From Zygophlyctis sp. KS116 (taxonomy: Eukaryota; Fungi; Chytridiomycota), in the NCBI GenBank assembly GCA_054661495.1, contig BAAFSQ010000358.1, positions 1 to 9,043 of the forward strand: 9,043 nucleotides of DNA, read 5' to 3'. The notes beneath the pieces are model-generated. The model made no database searches. It had not been told where the DNA came from and saw nothing but the letters and a program-made list of their open reading frames with translations. Shown here one piece after another: positions 1-8,200 of the stretch. Each line of letters begins with the position of its first letter. Within the stretch, counting starts at the first letter, position 1. The position numbers and the translations under genes are program-made.

Positions 1-46
1 CTATAAATTTTATGTTTATGGTCGTAACTATTCATCCTTGACCTCT
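1..46 (-). repeat. Inverted exact copy of 514-559 (J-domain gene coding sequence)
   Basis: The reverse complement of 1-46 is AGAGGTCAAGGATGAATAGTTACGACCATAAACATAAAATTTATAG, identical to + strand 514-559. Confidence 0.95.
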
Positions 47-87
47 CTGATAGACCATCAAACCAACCATTCCAGTGCCTTTTCGAC
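41..87 (-). repeat. Inverted copy of 4945-4991 (PPE1 exon 3)
   Basis: The reverse complement of 41-82 (AAAGGCACTGGAATGGTTGGTTTGATGGTCTATCAGAGAGGT) is identical to 4950-4991. The match extends to 87/4945 with one mismatch (GTCGA vs GTCGG), 46/47 in total. Confidence 0.95.
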
Positions 88-195
88 AGAATCTTGTAGT
101 TTTGAAATTTCTAGGTCTTGTAATTCTTGATCTAATTCCTTTCCGATTGAATCTTTTCCAATCTTGGAATCTATTGAATCTTTTTCCGAAATCAT
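58..195 (-). CDS. Probable 5' fragment of an unknown gene, truncated by the mosaic junction (MISEKDSIDSKIGKDSIGKELDQELQDLEISKLQDSVEK then ALEWLV* read from the PPE1 copy)
   Basis: ATG at 195-193, divergent from the J-domain gene with 104 nt between starts, similar to the BMS1/PPE1 spacing. The translation is charged and coiled-coil-like. Its stop (TGA 60-58) lies inside the copied PPE1 segment. No homology recognised. Confidence 0.35.
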   Translation of the reverse strand: MISEKDSIDSKIGKDSIGKELDQELQDLEISKLQDSVEKALEWLV

Positions 196-256
196 TGAAT
201 TTCTTCTTGTTTTGCAACAATTTGAAACCTCTTTGTGAAACCTCCTAGTGACACCT

Positions 257-271
257 GGGCGCGCTATAAAA
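257..271 (+). promoter_or_regulatory. Candidate core promoter: GC-rich GGGCGCGC followed by TATAAAA
   Basis: GGGCGCGCTATAAAA lies about 30 nt upstream of the ATG at 300, in a short divergent intergenic region. A GC run like this is unusual in this AT-rich window. Motif evidence only. Confidence 0.3.
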
Positions 272-299
272 CGGTCATTGTTTCAGTGAAAAGTTGAAA

Positions 300-770
300 A
301 TGACACTTTATGAAATTCTTCAAGTATCAAGACAAGCATCAAGAAAACAAATTAAAGAAGCTTATTATAATTTATCAAAGCAGGTTCATCCAGATATTAA
401 TCATTCAAAGGACTCTAAAGATTTTGTAGAGATTTCAAGGGCTTACTCAATATTGTCAAATGCAGATTCTAGACGAGAGTATGACTCAACATTACAAAAA
501 AAAGTTTATCAGCAGAGGTCAAGGATGAATAGTTACGACCATAAACATAAAATTTATAGAAATGATAACAGAGGTTCTTTTAATCATACGGAATGGATGA
601 ATCAACATTATCCTTACCGAAATCATACACCCCCACCACGACAAGAATTTTGGATTTATCAAGAATTTCAAGAAAAAAGGAAATCTCCTTCAGTAGTTAC
701 AAGTACTGTTTTAGTCATGGTAGCGGTATTCTTTGTAAATTCAGGATGGATAGAATTAATGTTTTTGTAA
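300..770 (+). CDS. Small class C J-domain (DnaJ/Hsp40 family) protein with C-terminal hydrophobic segment, 156 aa
   Basis: N-terminal J domain (TLYEILQV...IKEAYYNLSKQVHPD...FVEISRAYSILSN...RREYD) with intact HPD. No G/F or zinc-finger region. C-terminal hydrophobic stretch VVTSTVLVMVAVFFV. First ATG is at 300 (the track start at 294 is TTG; in-frame TAA upstream at 267-269). No intron needed. Confidence 0.88.
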   Translation: MTLYEILQVSRQASRKQIKEAYYNLSKQVHPDINHSKDSKDFVEISRAYSILSNADSRREYDSTLQKKVYQQRSRMNSYDHKHKIYRNDNRGSFNHTEWMNQHYPYRNHTPPPRQEFWIYQEFQEKRKSPSVVTSTVLVMVAVFFVNSGWIELMFL

Positions 771-786
771 AGTTTATTAAAAATTT

Positions 787-3700
787 TTATTCTCTCTTTC
801 GTTTCTTGTCCTTGAAATCCAATTGTTTGAAAAATTCTTTACGACGTTCTTTTGATTTAATTGCATCCATAGATTCTAAACTATTTTGTTTCTTTAAATA
901 GGTTGATCTGGAAGAGGCAATCTTGGATTTTCGAAGTGCATCTTTTTCATGACGAATTGTATCTAGACTTTGTAAGAGTGAGACAACTTGTTTTTCTTGA
1001 GGTTCTAGAATTACTGCTCTACGATTCAAATAACTCTGTTTTTTAGATTTTTTGGCTAATTTGGGTTTAGAAGCAAATGGAAGTTCCGCTTGAAGTGATT
1101 TGGGAATTCTCAACTTGTTAAATCTTCTTTCAAGACGTACAATAGGCTAAAATATGAAAAAATTAGTAAAATATACCTTGTACTCAGAGTCTTTTTTGAC
1201 AGGTAAGTTTATAGATTCTTGACGTCGGATTTGTCCTGCAGTACGCATTCCAGTCCATTTTTCTTTCTTGCTCAAAAGCAAGGATGTAATAGGATTATAA
1301 AACTTTTTAGGTTGTACAGGATACCATGCTCGTAAAAATACAATATCACTCATTAGGATTTTATCCTCAAAGGTGGCTCTAAAACATCCTTCAGGCTTCT
1401 AAGGTGGTTAAATCTAAAAATTCTTACAGATAAATGTTTCTTGACTTGACCTCTAATTCCACTCACAGTTCTGATACTTGCACCTTCAAATTTGGCAACC
1501 TCCAATGCACTCGAAAACATATCCTTGATGAATGCAGTGTTTTTAAAGATTTTGAATGGCGTTCCGGTTAATTTTAACTTTTTAACAATTTCAGATGATT
1601 GATCAATGTCTAAAACTACACCGGTTGCACTGATTCTAAAAGATGATGTTATTTCAGAAACTGACTGAAATGCACAAAATCCAGTGTTTGGTGGAGTTAT
1701 TGGGCCATAAAATGTCGCTAAACAGTGCATATGCTCTGGAGTATACTTTAGCATACGATTTCGTGTGTTGTCATTAATAGAGTATAGAGGTAAACTTTGA
1801 AATCTTCGCCATCCCATGGAAAATATTAATGGATCATTGGTTTTCAGTATCTTCTTATACCAACGGTGTTTTTTGATTCGCACCTGAATCAGACCAAAGT
1901 TTTCTTCATTATGTAGCAGACCGCCAAGAATGATGGGATAGTTTGGATCAAAATTTTCTATAAATTCATAGGGTACATTTCGAATAAGAACTCTAACATA
2001 AGATCCCGCTCTATAGCCTTCCACTTGAGCTCGAACTTCAGGGTCATCATTTTCAAACTCGGCTTCGTTCAGCTTTTGTTGCTTTGCGATTTCTTCTTTT
2101 CGAGCTTCATAATAGTTTGCATTAGTATCAGATTCATCACCATCATATCGTGCATCGAATTTGGCTTTTAAAGCTTCTTTTTTCTTGGAAAGAGCAGCTT
2201 TCTCTTTCTCTACGGAATCTTCTAAAGAAGCCTCGCTATTTTCCTCGTCAGATTCTTCAGCTTCTTCACCCTTTTCTCCAGTCTCAAGATCTTCATAATC
2301 ACCGTATACATCATCGGCTTCAGCTGCAGGTGTATTTTCTCCAGTAATAAAACGGGATCTAATCGAATCTAACATCTAATATGTTAAAGATAAAAACTGT
2401 TACATTTTCTGACTCCCACTCGTTAATAATGTTTTCAGAAACTTCAAGTTTCGATGAGTCGATTGATGTCAAGCCATTGGCTTTATTTATCTTTTGTTTT
2501 TTTACGGTAAAAAGTCCGTCATCTCCTATTTCCTCTTCATCTACTTGATTTAAAATCTGCGTTTCATTTGATCCATAAACTAAATCCATCAAATCCATTT
2601 TCTTATCGCCAGAAAACTTTTTTTCTGTAATTTCTTGAAGCTTTAACTTCCATCGGGCTGCACTTGCTTCTTCAGGATCCAATACATCCTCAATCTCGCT
2701 ATCCGAGTCGGCAAACGACAAATGATCATCTCCAATTTCTTCTGCTTCATCTCCAAGAATTGGCTCTCCATCTGAATCGTTATTGGAATCATCACTTTCT
2801 GTATTCTGATCATCTTCGACAATTTCAGAAGAAAAAATAGCCCTTCTTCTCTTTCTACCAGTTTCATCTTGGACAATTTCCTCTTGGATTTCATTTGCTT
2901 TTACCGGGGCAGAGGAGTGAAATATTCTCAATTCGCTAGAATTAATTTGATCTTCGAATGTTGATTTAACATCTTGTAGGCCCATGACAAGTTTTTCTCC
3001 CTCTGTTGGATATAAATTACCTAACAAATTAGAAATAAATTGAGTACCATTCTCCGATTCATCATCATTTTTCTTTGTAAATACTCCAGGTACATTAATA
3101 TATACTGCATCCTTATCATAAAGAATTCCGGATACGTCTGACTGTGGTGCATAAATTAGTTTATGTTTTTCACTTAATAATTTTCGAGTCTTGTCAGGAG
3201 TTGGACAAGGATCAGGCAGTATAGAAATCGAAGATACTGTGTTATCTCCCAAACCAGGTATATGTACCCTTGTACCATTCTTCATATTTGTACCTCTTAG
3301 ATAACCATAAAAAGTCATAGTACGATCACATTTAGGCTCCGATCTTACTTGTTCTGGATCAGTTAAATCTTCAATTCTATCTGCAAGCATATAAGAATGA
3401 GTATTTCTCCATATTAAAGGTCTAAATTTCATAATAGAAATGAATCTGGATAAATTTAAAACTTCATTTTTCGGATATTGCCCATTAATCATTCCCGAGA
3501 GATAAAAAAGTTTAGCTCCTTTATATATTTCAGTCCAAAACCTTTGCTTGAGAGTCTTTTTGGTCCTTCTCAATTTCTTATTATCCTTAAACTTATCCAA
3601 ATGAGTTAAAACACCCATAATCTTTGGAAATCCATGAGATTGCAACACATTTAAGAATTCAAATGTTTCCATTTCAAACCCAAAACTTGCATCAATCATT

Positions 3701-4152
3701 AATAACACCAGATCTGCAACTTTAGCAATATCAATCATTGAGGAGGTATCATTATTACATTCAATAAATGTTAATCTCCTATGTTTTCCACTAACCACAG
3801 TTACCGGACCCTTAATATCGTTAATGCTATGTTTTGTGTATCTTTTAATAAGTGATCTAATAAGTGCAGTTTTCCCAGTCTAAAATTAATCATGAAAATC
3901 ACATACTCCTTTAGGTCCGACAACTGCAACAATAACTGGTGGACTCTCTATTGGAGTTCTATCTACCAGCGGCAAATGCAATTTCTTTTCATCCTTCTCC
4001 AATGATCTCTGTATACTTCGATTGGCCCTAACTCCAGAATTGAATGCAAATGCTCTTGGATTATTCTTTTGAGCATTTTTGTTCAATTGCTTTTTAGATT
4101 TTGGACCAGATGCTTTTGGCCGATGAGCTTTTGTTGGTTTATCAGTCTCCAT
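787..4152 (-). CDS. BMS1: Ribosome biogenesis GTPase Bms1 (40S/SSU processome), ~1074 aa, 6 exons
   Basis: Exons 4152-3907, 3879-3048, 3020-2404, 2375-1428, 1398-1177, 1146-787. Introns 3880-3906 (27 nt), 3021-3047 (27, stopless, less certain), 2376-2403 (28), 1399-1427 (29), 1147-1176 (30). Splicing restores the P-loop GPKG|TGKT, KKHLS|KPEGCFRATFEDKILMSDIVFLRAW and SEYK|PIVR. Exons also carry the Bms1 hallmarks RRLTFIEC, DLVLLMIDASFGFEMETFEFL, KKHRWYKKILKTNDPL and RNRMLKYTPEHMHC. Confidence 0.97.
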
Positions 4153-4272
4153 AATCACTGATCTTTCAAATTTTTTTGTACTAGAGAAAATTTTTTAGAC
4201 AATTGTTGAACCGATTTCTCTGGATATTGCTTGGGTGGGTAGTAAATCCAAAAATCTCAAATTTGGCCTTAA
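4153..4272. promoter_or_regulatory. 120-nt divergent (probably bidirectional) promoter region for BMS1 and PPE1
   Basis: ATGs at 4152 (-) and 4273 (+) point away from each other, so both 5' UTRs and promoters probably fit here. Confidence 0.55.
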
Positions 4273-5247
4273 ATGGAATTTGTGACAGACCTTGAGATAT
4301 CTCCAAATCAAGTTTTTAGAGTTTACCAGAATTCCTGTCAAGAGGATAAAGAATTACCATTATTTATTTTTCATCATGGAGCAGGATATACTGCGAATAC
4401 ATTTTCTGAATTGATTAAACAACTTTGCTCAAAAGCCGCTTGTCGGATTTTAGCGTTTGACGCTCGTGGGCATGGATACTCTCACGCCGACAATGAAGAG
4501 TTGGAATTGGGGGTTCTATGTCAGGATTTAGTAGAAATTGTTCAAAAATTATTTCCAACCTTGCCAAAAGAAATAATTCTGGTCGGACATTCAATGGGTG
4601 GATCGGTCATGGTCAATGTGGCAAAGGGGAAGATGATTAAAAATGGTATAAGAGGATTGGTTTTAATTTTTAGTAATTGGTGTTTGCGTATTGGATGTTG
4701 TTGAAGGAACGGCAATTGAGGCATTGCCTGTAATGAATAAAATACTGCGAAATAGACCTTCACAGTTCAAGTCTGTAGAAGATGCGATTAAATGGGCACA
4801 GAGGCAGGAACAAGTTAAAAATAAAAAGGTATATTTCGTTTCTTTAAAATTATAGGCAGTGAAATATTCTCTTCCTTCGCAGCTGGTTGAGAAACCAAAC
4901 GGAAATGGGCAGTCAATTTATGTTTGGAGGACAGATTTGGCAGGGTCGGAAAGGCACTGGAATGGTTGGTTTGATGGTCTATCAGAGAGGTTTTTGACAA
5001 TGCCAAATGGGAGGCTTTTAATTCTAGCTGGGACTGAAAGGCTAGATAAAGCATTGACAATTGGACAAATGCAAGGTATGCACTCCTGGCTTTATTCTTA
5101 GGGAAATTTCAAATGCTAATTTTCCCAGAATGTGGTCATTTTATTCAGGAAGATGCTCCTGAAAAGTTGGCAGATGCTCTAATAGAGTTTTGGAAACATA
5201 ATCAGCCTCTAGTCATTAAAAAGTTTCCTATTCCATTGAAAAAATGA
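4273..5247 (+). CDS. PPE1: Protein phosphatase 2A methylesterase 1 (PME-1/Ppe1), alpha/beta hydrolase, 297 aa, 4 exons
   Basis: Exons 4273-4645, 4674-4828, 4856-5075, 5102-5247. Introns 4646-4673 (28 nt), 4829-4855 (27), 5076-5101 (26). The spliced product has HHGAG, DARGHG, the nucleophile motif [19 protein letters not shown]...[25 protein letters not shown]|KFQ and catalytic His in CGHFIQED, all typical of PME-1. Confidence 0.95.
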
Positions 5248-5250
5248 TTA

Positions 5251-8200
5251 TTAATTATTAATAATTACTTGAATTGCTTCAGAAACAGGCTTAATAAAAT
5301 GCTCTGCATTTGATCGAGTTGATATAACGTAGCTGCTAAAGTTTGCTTCAAATCGAATTTCACACAAAAATAGCTTATCATCTAAAAGACTTACAGATAT
5401 GTACACACATATAGTGTTTTGAATCGCTCTTTCGGCAATAAGATATATATTATTCAGTTCAAATTTGGTCCGAATTTGATCCATTGAATTTGCCTTTGTG
5501 CTTGTTACCGTGACGATATTTTCCTTGTTCGATAAGAGTTGCCAATTACTTAGCCAGAAATCCTGAGCAATCTTTCCCTTTTGACTAAAAAGTACATATA
5601 ATGGCAAAAGTGTCTGAAAATATACAACACCTCCATCACATTTAATTGCGACCTGCAAGACTACCTTTTATAAATCAATAATTACTATTAGGTGGTTCTG
5701 TCACCTTTGCGATTTCCTTTGATATCTTAAGAATTAATGATGCATCGGCTGACTGATTTGGAAGTATAGGGGCTTTGAGCTTCAAATTATGACCAGGTAT
5801 TAAACCAAATCTATAGTGAATATAAGTAGAATTACGAATTAGAATTGAAAATTATCCCAAAGGTATGTAGCACGGCGTGTGATACATTTGTCAGCGTTAA
5901 CTCTAATCTAGGAATTCCTTGGCGACAAACAACTAAGGTAAAAAATGTTTTGTCCAGTCTTACATGTTCCATCAATTCGTAGACAATTCGAAGTTTGGGG
6001 CGAATGAAATGTTTCTTTCTTTGCCATGTATCCAGTTAACATATGAGTCTTTGGTTCGTTTGATCCCACCTTTCCAAAATTATCAAAGTTGCTAATCGTC
6101 ATTCGTTTAGTTTTTTCAGCTAAATTTGAATCCTGGGACAATTTATTCGACGTCATAGAAAATGGATCTAAGTTCACCGCTTGCCGATTCTGCGACATGC
6201 TTCCATTGGCCTGAGAAAAAGCGGCTGGTAGCGAAGATCTTTTTGATGAAGATTCCCGTTGAATTTCACTGCTATTCACTAGATTCACAGTTGCAGAACT
6301 GAATGGATTATAAGGATGGTTGGTATCGGCTTGAGCGGGCAAATTCTGAATACTTGATACATAAGCACTGGTAGTAGATATGGCAGGATTAGGATCCGAT
6401 ATCGGCAATTCTTGCTCTTCAAAGTTTGTATATTCATGGTATCGTTCGTTGAAGTTATCTACACCCGAGTCAATGTTTTCCAAATCGTCATTTTCTATGC
6501 CATCTTCGTCTTCTACGAATTCATTAAATTCTTTTGGGACATATCCAGGAGATGAATCGTATGGGTAAGGTCTTTCGGGTGAATTCGAAATTCCAAAGTT
6601 ATCAGTAATAGCACTAAAATAAGTCAAAAATATATACATTTGAGATCCTGAATTATTTTGATTAAGGCGTGAAGAACGATCGACCAAAGCTGGCGAAGGA
6701 ATTAGATTTCTTTTTTTTAGTCCGCCCACTATACTTCCAGGAGGCTTATGATATAGAGAAGCTAAAGATGCAAGGTTCAAAGAGAGTTCAGACAATAGAT
6801 CGCTCTCAAAAAGATCTCCATTTGCTGTAATATTTGGCCTTTCAGAAAATACAATTGCCTATGTGTTATGTCAATATATGTACTTTTGCAGCAAGCGGGT
6901 TTGTAGCCAGCAATCTCCAATAAATATAACCCCTTTCTCTCAAATCTACATTATCCACATCTTCCGTAACACATTTTAAAACACGAGGAATTAGATCTTT
7001 TCCAATCGATGGTTTTCTAATAAAAAGCTTCACAGTAGCAGTCAACAGAGACAGTTGAATGATGGATGCCTCCTCCGAGAAGTTTTTAATAAACTGATTT
7101 AGAAGGTCTCCTGCATTATCAATCCTGTCAGAGTACTGATTCAGATTAAAATAAATAAAATTACATGACCGATAATCCATATCATGGATGCTTTTGCTTC
7201 AGGATCATCCAAAGAATCCAAATATTCACACAGTACACCAATAATCCCCTCATATCTATTTGGATACCTTCTAAATATATCCTTTAGTTCATAAGAGATA
7301 AAAATACCTTTATAACAATTATTGCTTCCTGAACTACGTAAGGAACTCTAGTTCGAATTAAATCCGTAAGAACTTGAATGGCTTGATCCGCAGCATCTTC
7401 AATATTAATTGCACAGCGACCAATTGAACGAACAGCCTTTCGCACAAAATCAACATCAACTTCACTTGCATACCTTTAATGTAAAAAATGCAAATTACCC
7501 TTTCAACTCTGGTAAAACAAGGCTTACATTATCTAAAGAAGTCAACTTTACCAAAATTTCTAATTTAGAAAGTTTCACATACAAAGGATCATCATACTTG
7601 CAGAAAAATGCTCGAACATCATTTTGCAAGAAGCCAGCCTTACAAGATTGTAAAAGTATAATGATGTTTTTTAAAGTTAAAAATTGAATTTCAGGAGGCC
7701 CATTCAAAAGTGTTACTAAAAATTTTAAATTTCATTAATACCAAGTGGAGGCGCCAGTTTTTTGTACATCCCATCAACAACTGATTCATTATTAACGTAA
7801 TTAGTTAGATAGAGTATCACTTTTATAGCAGTCAAAATTATTGCCGAATTTGAATGTTTCAGTCTTGGTGAAACTCTTTCAGCCAAAATCTCTGCCTCTT
7901 TTGAATCATTTATCTGAACAAATGTCATTGCTTCCAAAATATGAACTTGTCCCCACCTTTAAAGTCAGATTTAATGTGCGTGTTTTGTCTGATTGAAAAC
8001 TTACTCTGTACAATCATCCATTGCCACCATTAGCTTATTAGCAGTTCCATAGTCTATAATCAAGTCAAATTCTAATGATTTTCCTGATATTTCCAACAAT
8101 ACTGACACTACATTTGAAACTACTGTAGCATTTTCATGCTCTAATAAAGCCTCCAGTGCACTAGTTAACTGAGCTTCTTGAACCTTTTTAGGATAAGACG

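Noticed and set aside
1-87. CRISPR-like or guide array of ~46-nt 'spacers'
   Set aside because: No repeats separate the pieces, they overlap by microhomology, and the context is eukaryotic.
146-186. AAAAGATTCAAT repeated twice (minus strand) and a TTCCAA-TC-TTGGAA mini-hairpin at 156-169
   Set aside because: Too short; explained by a KDSI peptide repeat and by chance in AT-rich DNA.
32-220. Track ORF of 62 aa (MLQNKKK...)
   Set aside because: It has a TTG start, crosses both mosaic junctions, and looks like an off-frame reading of the ATG-initiated 195-58 frame.
4646-4673. PPE1 intron 1 read-through gives GIRGLVLI, resembling the hydrolase strand motif 'v.gLvLiD'
   Set aside because: The real strand ([12 protein letters not shown]) is encoded by exon 2, and there is no convincing nucleotide duplication. 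Treated as coincidence.
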